A stretch of DNA of 64,000 nt from Rickettsiales bacterium (GCA_031262525.1 JAISHM010000007.1:21635-85634), one strand, 5' to 3'; shown: positions 9,318-18,009, numbered from the stretch's first letter. Notes: generated by a model from the letters alone, not told the origin. Translations and numbers: made by a program.

Positions 9318-10631
9318 ATGCAAAAGTTTGTTGTTTTGTTTTTTTGTTTATTTTTATCATTACCGGTCGCAGCGCGCGACCTGTCATTGAATGATGCGTC
9401 CAATATGATAATCGCTGCATCAAACGACATAAAAAAAGCCGATGCAAATATACAGCGTGCAAATGCCGGAATTAGTGCTGCAAACGCAAACCGATGGGCA
9501 AAAATTGACGGCAACGCCAGTTATATGAACCTGATAAATGTCAAAAATCCGTTTTCATCCGACGGGATTGAATTACCACCTGAATTTGGTGGTTTGATTG
9601 CGCAAATAACCGGCACAAATCCGAATATTGTAATCCCAGACAATTTAATGATGGCGGGGGTCAACATTACTCAACCAATTTATACATTTGGCAAAATCGG
9701 TAATGCGGTTGATGCATTGCACAGCGCATTAGAAATGTCCAAAAGCGGGCGCGAACTGATAGAACGCGAAGTGCGCAGCGCGGCCGAAAATTTATACTGG
9801 ACCGCAAAATTTGCAGACGGCGCGATTGGTATTGCGCAAAAATCATTGAATGATGCGATATCGGCACGCGCAAAATTGACAACGGCTGGTCGCGCACCAC
9901 GCGCCAATCTGGTCCAGACAGAGGCGGACATTGCGCAAAAAGAAATTGCACTGGCGGACGCAAAATTTAATTATAAAACAGCAATGGATACATTAAAAAT
10001 TATGGCGGATATCCCGCTGAATGAAAAATTGGTTTTAACCGACAATTTTCCAAAAACATTTGCAAAAACAAAATCAGGCGAAATAATTACAAATCCAGAA
10101 TGGGATATTTTATCCGCCCAGGCAAAGATGTATGAACAAAACGCGGCGACGGCGCGTGCGGGTCGCTATCCCACCTTGGCGGCAACGGGGTCTTATAACT
10201 ATATTTTAACAAATGATGACTGGCAGATGTGGAATGGAAAAAATGTGCAAAGCGCAGTGGTTGGTGTGGCGTTATCTGTCCCAATTTTTGACGGAGGGTT
10301 GGCATCGGCGAATGCGACTATGGCGGCCGCGAACGCGAACGCGGCACGCGAAGATTTGGCTAAATCCAAAAAGATAAAATCACTGGAATATAAAAATGCG
10401 ACTGAAAAATATAATCATCTGATGGAAAATTTATCTCGGCTGGGTGCGGCGCGCGACCTGGCGGCGCGGGCATACGGATATTCGCGCGATAGATTTGCAG
10501 CGGGTCAGACCAGCGCGGTTGAACTGGCGCAAACATCTGCCGCTTTATATCAAATGGATATGGCGGTTCTGAACGCAAAATACAATCTGATGCAAACTAT
10601 GTCAGAAATAAAAAAGTTAGGTGGGATATGA
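9318..10631 (+). CDS. TolC-family outer membrane efflux protein
   Basis: Signal peptide MQKFVVLFFCLFLSLPVAARD and two-repeat TolC-like helical content. It precedes the adaptor and RND genes, with an ATGA overlap at 10628-10631. The start was trimmed from the ORF-track 9270. Confidence 0.8.
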   Translation: MQKFVVLFFCLFLSLPVAARDLSLNDASNMIIAASNDIKKADANIQRANAGISAANANRWAKIDGNASYMNLINVKNPFSSDGIELPPEFGGLIAQITGTNPNIVIPDNLMMAGVNITQPIYTFGKIGNAVDALHSALEMSKSGRELIEREVRSAAENLYWTAKFADGAIGIAQKSLNDAISARAKLTTAGRAPRANLVQTEADIAQKEIALADAKFNYKTAMDTLKIMADIPLNEKLVLTDNFPKTFAKTKSGEIITNPEWDILSAQAKMYEQNAATARAGRYPTLAATGSYNYILTNDDWQMWNGKNVQSAVVGVALSVPIFDGGLASANATMAAANANAAREDLAKSKKIKSLEYKNATEKYNHLMENLSRLGAARDLAARAYGYSRDRFAAGQTSAVELAQTSAALYQMDMAVLNAKYNLMQTMSEIKKLGGI

Positions 10632-11176
10632 AAAAAATTATTTGGATTTTAATTGCCTGTATAATTATCGGATTGTCTGCTGCGCGAATTATAAAATTAA
10701 ATGATGAATCATCGCGCGTTGTTTTTAACCCGAATCGCGTGGAAACAACGCCCGTCCATACAATTGTCGCAAATGAAAAAATGGACGCATTGCATGAACC
10801 TTTGTTCGTAAAAAATAATCGCGCGTTTGTGTCGGGCGCGCGGCGCGCAAAATTCGGCGTGGGACAACGTATTGGTGATGGACATATAATTTCAATATCA
10901 AACCAATTGGACCTGGATACAGGAATGTATAAAATTATCACCAAAAATGTCGCCGATGGTGAAAATTTTGCGCTGCAAAAATATACAGGATTTTTTATCC
11001 CATTGGGTGCAATAAAAAATAATCGCGTTATGGTTATGGAAAACGGGATTGCCACATCGCGCGATGTAAAAATTATGGGACGCGATGCGACGAACGCGTT
11101 GATAACAAATGGATTAAATGATGGCGATATTGTGATTTTATCCGATGTGGCTGAAAACACACGGGTGGAAAAATAA
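10628..11176 (+). CDS. Unusually short (182 aa) RND periplasmic adaptor-like protein
   Basis: N-terminal anchor KKIIWILIACIIIGLSAA. The remainder resembles only the beta-barrel/membrane-proximal part of HlyD/AcrA-family adaptors (GMYKIITKNVADGENF..., VMVMENGIATSRDVKI, LNDGDIVILS). It sits between the tolC-like and RND genes. Confidence 0.6.
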   Translation: MKKIIWILIACIIIGLSAARIIKLNDESSRVVFNPNRVETTPVHTIVANEKMDALHEPLFVKNNRAFVSGARRAKFGVGQRIGDGHIISISNQLDLDTGMYKIITKNVADGENFALQKYTGFFIPLGAIKNNRVMVMENGIATSRDVKIMGRDATNALITNGLNDGDIVILSDVAENTRVEK

Positions 11177-11177
11177 A

Positions 11178-14100
11178 ATGTTGAAGTTCTTTATAAAGCG
11201 TCCTATTACTACGATTATGTTTGTATTGTTTTGGGTTGTGCTGGGGATTTCCAGTTATCCAAAAATGAATACTGAACGTATTCCTCCAATCGACCTGCCC
11301 CTGGTAACGGCGACCTTTGTTTATCCAGGCGCATCCCCAATTGAAATTGAAACAAGCGTCGTGCAAATCGCCGAAGACAAAATATCCGAAGTGTCAGGTC
11401 TGAAAAAAATTACATCACAAATTTTTGAAAATGGCGCATTTGTCATGGCGGAATTTAACCTGGGGGTAAATGTCAATGACAAAGCGGCCGAGGTTAAAAC
11501 AAAAATAGACTCTTTGGGTAGCGATTTCCCAGATGAATTAAAGCAACCAGTAATTGAAAAATTTAACCCATTGCAACAATCGGTGGTTGATATTGTTTTA
11601 ACTGGTGAAAATATGCGCGATTTGCATGAGTATGCTGACGATATTTTGGCCAAAGAAATAACCGCAATTCGCGGCGTTGCAGGGCTGAATATCTTTGGCG
11701 GAGACAGGCGCGCGGTACGAATTGAAATTGACCCAGAAAGATTGACCGCGCGTGGTTTATCCACACCTGAAATAGTGGCGGCCATCGGACGGCAAAATAT
11801 AAATGTTCCCAGTGGAAAACTTGAAAATCAGACCAGTGGCAATGTTGTGCGTATGGTCGGCGAATTTTCCAACATAGGCGATATTAAAAATATGCAAATC
11901 ACCAATGCCGAGGGTCAAATAATAAAACTGATAGATGTCGCACGCATTACGGACGGCGCAATGGACATACAAAACGCGGCGCGCTTTAACGGCAAAAATG
12001 TTGTTATCGCATCCGTGGTAAAGGCGAACGATGGTAACGCAATAAAAATATCAAGTCAACTGCAAAAAAATATGCCAGAAATGCAAAAAAATATGAGCGC
12101 GTATTTTGCAAATAAAAATGTTGGCGATGTTTCTATGGAGATAATTTCTGATTCATCGGTTGCGATAAAGAATACTACGAACAATACAATTTTCAGTGTG
12201 TTGATTGGGATTATTTTAACGATTGTTGTTTTATTGGTATTTACGCGCAATTGGCGCAGCACGATTATTTCCGCGGTGGTTATACCAACTTCTATTTTGG
12301 CGGGATTTTTCTTTATGCAGATGTCGGGATTTTCTATAAACACCCTGACCCTACTGGCGATTGCAACAGCACTTGGCACATTGGTTGCGAATGCAATAGT
12401 GTTGATAGAGGCCGCATTGCAACGCCTGGACAAAGGTATGTCCCCCGAAGACGCCGCATTGGACGGCACAAAATCTGTGGCGACTGCCGTGCTGGCCGGC
12501 ACAGGAACCAATGTCGTCGTGTTTTTACCACTGGCGTTTATGGGCGGGATTGCGGGTCAATTTATGGCTCAATTTGGAATGACTGTTGTTTATTTAACGC
12601 TGATTTCATTGTTGATTTCATTTACGCTGACACCGATGCTGATTGCGAAATTTTTAAAACGAACGATTGCTGGAACAAAACTGCGAACACAAAAAAATCA
12701 GTTGGGTTGGTATCGGAAAATCTTTGATTCGCAAGTTGCGCGTCCCTGGCGCTGGATTACCCTCGCGGTTATCGTTTTTATTTTATCAGCAATGCTGATG
12801 CGTTTTGTCGGAAATGAATTCGCAGCGTCAAGCGATACATCAGAAATAAATATAACCGCGCGCGCACCCGTTGGCGCGACATACGAAAAATCCGCGCAAA
12901 TCGCCGAACAGATTGAACAAAAATTAAAAACTTTTTCATCCATACAAAAAGTATCGTCAAAAATCGGCGAGAATGGTATGGAAAATATAAATGTAAAGGT
13001 TGGTTTAATTCCCCGCGGAATGCGCGAATCAGACAAAGCCATTGCCCAAACATTGCTGGAATCACTATCGGGTATCCCCGACGCACAAATACAGATAAAG
13101 GCGGGTGAGTCTGTGTCGGGGGCGGCTATGTCGGCAGACCTGGTATTAAACATTGGTGGCGCGGATGATAATAAAAGAAACGCGTATGCGGACGCGTTGA
13201 TACAAGAAATAAACCAGTTGCCAGAGGTTGCAACCGCAACAAACGCCGACCAAAAGCCAGGGCTTGAAATCGCATTTATCCCAGATGAAAATAAAATGAA
13301 ATTTTGGGGTATCAGCAATGCGGCCGCGGGGGGCGCTTTACGAACTGCATTGTATGGGAATGACACTTATAAATACAAAGAAAATGGAAACGAATATCCA
13401 ATTATTATTGAATATATGGATGAATACAAAACACCCGATATGTTTAACAGCGTCTATGTCAATTCACCAAAGGGTTTAATCGGATTAAATCAGTTGGGCA
13501 GTGTGGCAGAGCGCACTGCTTCGCCAAACATTCGTCGCCTGGAAAAACAGCGCATAACACAAATAGATATAAACATTGGTAAATCAACAATTGGACCCGT
13601 CCAAAATAAAATTCAGAAAATCATAGACAATATGAATATGGACACAGGATATACAGCAACCTTTGGTGGTTTAAGCGAGACGCAGGCGGAGACCACAGGC
13701 GAAATTTCGCACGCGTTTTTACTGGCGGTTGTTTTAACATTTATGTTGCTGGCGGCGATATTAAATTCGTGGGTACATCCATTTACAATCGCAACATCTA
13801 TATTGACATCGTTCAGTGGAGTATTCATATTTATGTTTTTATTTGGTGCGACAATAAATATCGCAGCAATGTTATCCTTTGTTATGTTGGTTGGATTGGT
13901 TGTGAATAATAATATCTTACTTTTAGAGCCAACAATTGTCGCGGTAAATAACGGCAAAAAAATCCATGACGCTTTGTGGGAAAATTTCGGGGATAAAACC
14001 AGAATGCTGCTGATGACAACGATTACGATTGCGGCTAGCTCACTTCCACAACTATTTTCAGCCGAAGGTATGCAGGTTTCCATGGGCGCGGTAATTATTG

Positions 14101-14192
14101 GTGGCGTCCTGGCATCATTATTCTGGACATACTTTTTAACCCCTGTGTTATTTGTGGTTATGGAAAAATTACGAACAAGATATAAAAAATAA
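11178..14192 (+). CDS. RND (AcrB/HAE1-like) inner membrane efflux pump
   Basis: 1004 aa. Begins MLKFFIKRPITTIMFVLFWVVLGISSY, with 12-TM architecture and two large periplasmic loops. The start was trimmed to the ATG at 11178, just after the adaptor stop at 11174-11176. Confidence 0.9.
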   Translation: MLKFFIKRPITTIMFVLFWVVLGISSYPKMNTERIPPIDLPLVTATFVYPGASPIEIETSVVQIAEDKISEVSGLKKITSQIFENGAFVMAEFNLGVNVNDKAAEVKTKIDSLGSDFPDELKQPVIEKFNPLQQSVVDIVLTGENMRDLHEYADDILAKEITAIRGVAGLNIFGGDRRAVRIEIDPERLTARGLSTPEIVAAIGRQNINVPSGKLENQTSGNVVRMVGEFSNIGDIKNMQITNAEGQIIKLIDVARITDGAMDIQNAARFNGKNVVIASVVKANDGNAIKISSQLQKNMPEMQKNMSAYFANKNVGDVSMEIISDSSVAIKNTTNNTIFSVLIGIILTIVVLLVFTRNWRSTIISAVVIPTSILAGFFFMQMSGFSINTLTLLAIATALGTLVANAIVLIEAALQRLDKGMSPEDAALDGTKSVATAVLAGTGTNVVVFLPLAFMGGIAGQFMAQFGMTVVYLTLISLLISFTLTPMLIAKFLKRTIAGTKLRTQKNQLGWYRKIFDSQVARPWRWITLAVIVFILSAMLMRFVGNEFAASSDTSEINITARAPVGATYEKSAQIAEQIEQKLKTFSSIQKVSSKIGENGMENINVKVGLIPRGMRESDKAIAQTLLESLSGIPDAQIQIKAGESVSGAAMSADLVLNIGGADDNKRNAYADALIQEINQLPEVATATNADQKPGLEIAFIPDENKMKFWGISNAAAGGALRTALYGNDTYKYKENGNEYPIIIEYMDEYKTPDMFNSVYVNSPKGLIGLNQLGSVAERTASPNIRRLEKQRITQIDINIGKSTIGPVQNKIQKIIDNMNMDTGYTATFGGLSETQAETTGEISHAFLLAVVLTFMLLAAILNSWVHPFTIATSILTSFSGVFIFMFLFGATINIAAMLSFVMLVGLVVNNNILLLEPTIVAVNNGKKIHDALWENFGDKTRMLLMTTITIAASSLPQLFSAEGMQVSMGAVIIGGVLASLFWTYFLTPVLFVVMEKLRTRYKK

Positions 14193-14220
14193 AATCGCGG
14201 CAAATGCCGCGATTTTTATT
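14193..14220. terminator. Bidirectional hairpin terminator between convergent genes
   Basis: AATCGCGGC-aaat-GCCGCGATT, flanked by an A-run upstream and a T-run downstream. Confidence 0.6.
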
Positions 14221-14244
14221 TTTCTTTTCAGTTTTTTATTTTCG

Positions 14245-14496
14245 TTATCTTGTTTTTTCGTTTGACGATTGTTTTACCGAACCAACCAAAACAAATGCCG
14301 ATGCCAGCGCTGTCAGAAATGCCGCGCCCACGCCATAACCAACATAATCCGTAACCTGTTCAAATGTTTGATTGGATATATTAAACACACAATTGGTAAG
14401 TTTCATTACGCCATACGCAACGCCACCAATACCCGCGATTCCCGCCAGTCCAACCGGCCAACAGCCATATACTTTGTCTTTTTTAATCTTGGTCAT
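14245..14496 (-). CDS. Small (83 aa) two-TM glycine-zipper membrane protein, function unknown
   Basis: Two hydrophobic Gly/Ala-rich segments: PVGLAGIAGIGGVAYGV and GYGVGAAFLTALASAFVLVG. ATGA overlap with the upstream gene at 14493-14496. Confidence 0.6.
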   Translation of the reverse strand: MTKIKKDKVYGCWPVGLAGIAGIGGVAYGVMKLTNCVFNISNQTFEQVTDYVGYGVGAAFLTALASAFVLVGSVKQSSNEKTR

Positions 14497-15047
14497 TTGA
14501 TACCCCTTTGGTTCTCATTGTTATTTTTTTGCGCGACCTCTATCCCAAGTTTGCGTCTTTTTTGATAATCTTTAAGCAAAAATTTGTTAAATTTTATCTG
14601 TTCCCGTTTTAATGGGTTAAATGTATGATTTTTTATTTTAACATTATTTGTTTTTACATTTCTGATATTTATCATGCTATCATTTTTATGCAATTCTTCT
14701 AACTGCGACGGAATAGAATATACACATCCATTATATGGGTTTGTATTTTTCTTTTTTAATTCGTTTGGGGCAAAATTCATAATATCCGATATTTTACGCA
14801 AAAATTCCGCACTGCTGACCCCATGATAATAAATAATACAATTATCATAAATCCCAGAGCGCGTTGAACTGATAGAATAAAAATCATCATTTCCATTTTG
14901 TAATAAACACTCGTAATTTTTATCTTTATATTTTTTTACAAAAACCTCTATCTCTCGGCTTTCATTTTTTGTATCAATCAGTGACGCCAATAAATTTAAA
15001 ACAACATCCGCCGGGATTGGTAAATTGGCCGAAAATATCTTTTTCAT
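14493..15047 (-). CDS. Hypothetical protein (184 aa), orphan, very AT-rich
   Basis: Long ORF with SD-like AAAGAG and its own promoter. I recognised no motif. It is Lys/Asn-rich. Confidence 0.6.
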   Translation of the reverse strand: MKKIFSANLPIPADVVLNLLASLIDTKNESREIEVFVKKYKDKNYECLLQNGNDDFYSISSTRSGIYDNCIIYYHGVSSAEFLRKISDIMNFAPNELKKKNTNPYNGCVYSIPSQLEELHKNDSMINIRNVKTNNVKIKNHTFNPLKREQIKFNKFLLKDYQKRRKLGIEVAQKNNNENQRGIK

Positions 15048-15074
15048 CGCAAAACTCTTTTATGTTTTACAAAA

Positions 15075-15102
15075 ATAATACTATATCAGATGTGTTTGTC
15101 AA
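15075..15102 (-). promoter_or_regulatory. Sigma70-type promoter (TTGACA-16-TATTAT) for the 15047..14245 two-gene module
   Basis: On the minus strand, TTGACA is at 15102-15097 and TATTAT at 15080-15075. It lies immediately after the merR-like stop at 15108. Confidence 0.45.
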
Positions 15103-15107
15103 GGAAT

Positions 15108-15629
15108 TTATTCAGAAAGCAATTCGGCGCGCGCACGGCGCAACATTTCAATTATTTCATTCTGTTTTTGCAACGAATCATCTGTCCCGCATACCGATTC
15201 TATTTTATTTTCGGGTTGCGACGCGTCCATTACATCCGCCATATCATCGGCGCGCATTTGCGTCGCCGCAGAGAACAAATCGCTGGTATTCAGCACACCA
15301 TTTTCATCGGTCATTTTTTCGTATTGTTCGCCACCGCTGACCATATTATTTTTTTGTGGGCCGGGCTGCGCAACCGGCGCTTTATCAACAACAATCTGCA
15401 TTTTCCCCAGCGCGGCGCGCGCACCCGCGATTGTCATACCATCATTATATAACAAATCACGAATTTTCTTGATTATCGCCGCAGTGTCATCGCCGTAATA
15501 GCGTCGCCCGCCTGCCCCAGTCATAGGTTTAATAAAGCGTGGGAATTGCTTTTCCCAATAACGCAGTGTATGCGCCGGAATTCCCAACTCTTTGGATATA
15601 TTTGAAATAAAATGATACGCCTTTACCAT
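15108..15629 (-). CDS. MerR-family transcriptional regulator
   Basis: N-terminal wHTH: YHFISNISKELGIPAHTLRYWEKQFPRFIKPMTGAGGRRYY. Confidence 0.85.
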   Translation of the reverse strand: MVKAYHFISNISKELGIPAHTLRYWEKQFPRFIKPMTGAGGRRYYGDDTAAIIKKIRDLLYNDGMTIAGARAALGKMQIVVDKAPVAQPGPQKNNMVSGGEQYEKMTDENGVLNTSDLFSAATQMRADDMADVMDASQPENKIESVCGTDDSLQKQNEIIEMLRRARAELLSE

Positions 15630-15678
15630 AGTTTTTTATTATACCACAAAAAACCCAAAACACGAAATTATAAATACA

Positions 15679-15707
15679 TTGACAAAGAGAGAGAGAGAGA
15701 GTAAAAT
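15679..15707 (+). promoter_or_regulatory. Sigma70-type promoter TTGACA-17-TAAAAT whose spacer is an (AG)8 dinucleotide repeat
   Basis: TTGACA at 15679-15684, spacer A(AG)8 at 15685-15701 (17 nt), TAAAAT at 15702-15707. Downstream are SD AAGGAG at 15724-15729 and the ATG at 15736. Confidence 0.55.
15686..15701. repeat. (AG)8 simple sequence repeat
   Basis: Eight perfect AG units, read directly from the sequence. Confidence 0.95.
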
Positions 15708-15735
15708 ACAGCTTATAAAAAACAAGGAGTATAAA

Positions 15736-16488
15736 ATGCTAAACAACCTACCAAAAACAAATCCAAGATTAAAAAAATTTATAACAGCCGTCACAAAAAG
15801 AATAAAAAGTCCGCGTGGGCTGGTACTGGCTTTGATTACAACTTATTTAATGGGTATGGGTAATCAAAAAATAATAACAGAACTATCCAATAATAAAAAA
15901 CAGGAAAAAGCAAAAGCAGAAATTGAAAAATTCCTGGACAGCCAACCAAATTACGAAGAAATAATGATTGCAACAGAACAGGCATACGATAAAGAAATAA
16001 AAGATTTAACTGATATATTAGAGGATGACAAATTTTACGAAAACCACCTATTTGAAGTAGCCGAATACGAAGCACTTAAAACAATATGGGACAAATTATC
16101 AGACTCACAAAAACAGAATATATACACAACCATAAAAGATATGAAGCCAGAAATTGACAGGTCTAAAGAACCATTTCGTATGATACAAGATTATTATTAT
16201 TTGTATTATAATAGACAAATAAAGCGAGATAAAATTATCGATATATACGAAAAAACTCCCCCGGTAATATTTAACCAATTCGAATTAGAAACAATTTTTG
16301 GACAAATTGACACCGCGACAAATAGATACAACAACCAGGGTTTATCCAACAAAATCCAAACCAACAAAGCCAAACTGGACTCTTTGCAAACGGCAAAAAC
16401 AGAAGTTTTGAGAAAACTAAAAAAAGAGAACGAGAAACAGAAAAGATTTGCTGATTCTGCTTATGCCGCGAACAAAATAAAGCGATAA
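15736..16488 (+). CDS. Hypothetical Lys/Glu-rich coiled-coil-like protein with one N-terminal TM segment (250 aa)
   Basis: The start was moved from the TTG at 15679 (which is the -35 box) to the ATG at 15736 behind SD AAGGAG. TM segment: GLVLALITTYLMGMG. No motif recognised. Confidence 0.6.
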   Translation: MLNNLPKTNPRLKKFITAVTKRIKSPRGLVLALITTYLMGMGNQKIITELSNNKKQEKAKAEIEKFLDSQPNYEEIMIATEQAYDKEIKDLTDILEDDKFYENHLFEVAEYEALKTIWDKLSDSQKQNIYTTIKDMKPEIDRSKEPFRMIQDYYYLYYNRQIKRDKIIDIYEKTPPVIFNQFELETIFGQIDTATNRYNNQGLSNKIQTNKAKLDSLQTAKTEVLRKLKKENEKQKRFADSAYAANKIKR

Positions 16489-16521
16489 GAATAATAAAAT
16501 ATATCTGCACCAGAAAACAAA

Positions 16522-16553
16522 ACCCGCAGGGTTTAAACCTTGCGGGTGATTTT
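16522..16553. terminator. Hairpin terminator between convergent genes
   Basis: ACCCGCAGGGTTT/AAACCTTGCGGGT imperfect long stem, followed by a weak T-run (GATTTTA). Confidence 0.45.
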
Positions 16554-16607
16554 ATCTTTAACCAAACATTTTATGTCTGGCATATGTCTTTTTTTGTGAG
16601 TTTTGGG

Positions 16608-17069
16608 TTAAATTTGTAAAATCTCTCGACCAATGTGTTCTAATTTTTCTTTTGCTTCATGTAATACATCCGACCATTGTTTATCTGTGGTGTCGCCATT
16701 TTTGCCATCGCTAACAAACTTATAAACACTCAGTGGAATTTTATTTTCACGTGCCACCCATGCAATTGCAAAATCCTCCATTCCAACACAATCCCAAATA
16801 TCACACGCAATATTCCGAACAAAAGTATCACCAGTTCCAGAAATTCCGCGTAGATACCTATTATCAATTTCACCGTATTCAAGAATTGGGTTATCCGATG
16901 TTTGCGGACAAACAAATTTTGGTGCCATAAATTCAGTTGTATTCATATCCCGTTGCACAAACTGATTGATTGATAAAATTGTTCCATAATCATAAACACT
17001 GCTGCCTGCTGTTCCCATATTTACAATTAAATCTGGTTGAAACTTATCAATAACATATTGGGTTGTCAT
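16608..17069 (-). CDS. Nucleoside phosphorylase/nucleosidase (PNP_UDP_1, MtnN-like) superfamily protein; annotated ORF lacks its conserved N-terminus
   Basis: Contains DLIVNMGTAGS, GISGTGDTFV and VGMEDFAIAWVAREN motifs. The same frame stays open upstream to the fic stop (17160) and encodes YVWFIVAVEGEFALESANIAYCGIGKINAA, the expected N-terminal strand plus acidic motif, but with no in-frame canonical start codon. Confidence 0.65.
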   Translation of the reverse strand: MTTQYVIDKFQPDLIVNMGTAGSSVYDYGTILSINQFVQRDMNTTEFMAPKFVCPQTSDNPILEYGEIDNRYLRGISGTGDTFVRNIACDIWDCVGMEDFAIAWVARENKIPLSVYKFVSDGKNGDTTDKQWSDVLHEAKEKLEHIGREILQI

Positions 17070-17159
17070 AGCGGCATTGATTTTTCCAATTCCACAATAT
17101 GCTATATTTGCAGACTCAAGAGCAAATTCACCTTCTACTGCAACAATAAACCAAACATA

Positions 17160-17771
17160 TTATTCATCAATTTTTTCAGTCTTAAATTCATCATACCCTT
17201 CGTAATAATAACTGGTATCAATTCCGTGCATATAAACATTGCGATTATTTATTTCTGATGTAAGCGCACTGCGCAATAATTCTTTAATCTCGGTATCTTT
17301 GACAGGGCTGCGTTCCATCGCAGAAAGGTATTCATCTTTATCAACCCGGTTCCAATAAACAACTTTTTTTAATTCTTTTTTCAGGATTAAATCCAGCCAA
17401 ATTCGCGTCGAGCGACCGTTCCCTTCACGAAAAGGATGTGCAATATTCATTTCCACATATTTTGCAATGATTTCATCAAAATTACTTTGATGCATTTTAT
17501 CAATATGTTTCAATGATTGTTCCAAATACATCAGCGGTGCAAAACGAAAGTCTTTCTTTGCCAGATTCACATCACGAATTTTTCCCGCAAAATCGTAAAT
17601 CTTCCCGAATAATTTTTTATGAATTTTTTTAAGTCCTGCAAAAGTCCCAACTGGAATTTTATCAATCTCACCAGAATCCCAAAGTCCGCGCGCCGCCAAT
17701 TTGCTGATTTTTTCTTCGGCACGATTTAATTCTATTTGATTAGTAATCCCCAGTTTATTTTCCAATACCAT
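17160..17771 (-). CDS. fic: Fic-domain protein, class III (C-terminal auto-inhibitory helix), putative AMP transferase
   Basis: Fic motif [13 protein letters not shown]-terminal inhibitory motif (S/T)xxxE(G/N) present as SYYYEG. About 200 aa, like the single-domain Fic proteins. SD AAGAGG upstream. Confidence 0.85.
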   Translation of the reverse strand: MVLENKLGITNQIELNRAEEKISKLAARGLWDSGEIDKIPVGTFAGLKKIHKKLFGKIYDFAGKIRDVNLAKKDFRFAPLMYLEQSLKHIDKMHQSNFDEIIAKYVEMNIAHPFREGNGRSTRIWLDLILKKELKKVVYWNRVDKDEYLSAMERSPVKDTEIKELLRSALTSEINNRNVYMHGIDTSYYYEGYDEFKTEKIDE

Positions 17772-17853
17772 ACTTAAAACCTCTTGATTTTATTATAGTA
17801 TAATTTGTTAAAAATACCAGTATTTTTATTATTTCTTGACAAAACATATAAAC

Positions 17854-17889
<36 letters not shown>

Positions 17890-17898
17890 GAGGTTAAA

Positions 17899-18009
17899 AT
17901 GTTTAATTTGTTGATAAATCCGATTCTTTCGTTATTTGCGGCGATATTCGCATACGCTGTATTCACAGAATTTTTGGCGTCTATTGGTGTAATCAAACGC
18001 GGAAAATAA
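17899..18009 (+). CDS. Small hydrophobic peptide (36 aa), function unknown
   Basis: MFNLLINPILSLFAAIFAYAVFTEFLASIGVIKRGK: a single TM segment with a basic C-terminus. A good SD (AAGAGG) lies 6 nt upstream. It is below the ORF-track size cutoff. Confidence 0.45.
   Translation: MFNLLINPILSLFAAIFAYAVFTEFLASIGVIKRGK

Noticed and set aside
863-14203. Long antisense ORFs inside the membrane-protein, mraY/ftsW and RND genes (for example 1302..1943, 3331..4038, 6949..7782, 12698..13366, 13613..14203)
   Set aside because: These are shadow ORFs on the opposite strand of well-supported genes. They are Ile/Asn/Ser-rich, have no start context, and overlap conserved genes completely. The same applies to 42668..43258, 43771..44412, 47027..47596 and 53219..53755.
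15679-15735. TTG start at 15679 giving the N-terminal MTKRERESKIQLIKNKEYK extension
   Set aside because: The TTG is part of a consensus TTGACA -35 box, and the RERES stretch is simply the translated (AG)8 repeat. A strong SD precedes the ATG at 15736.
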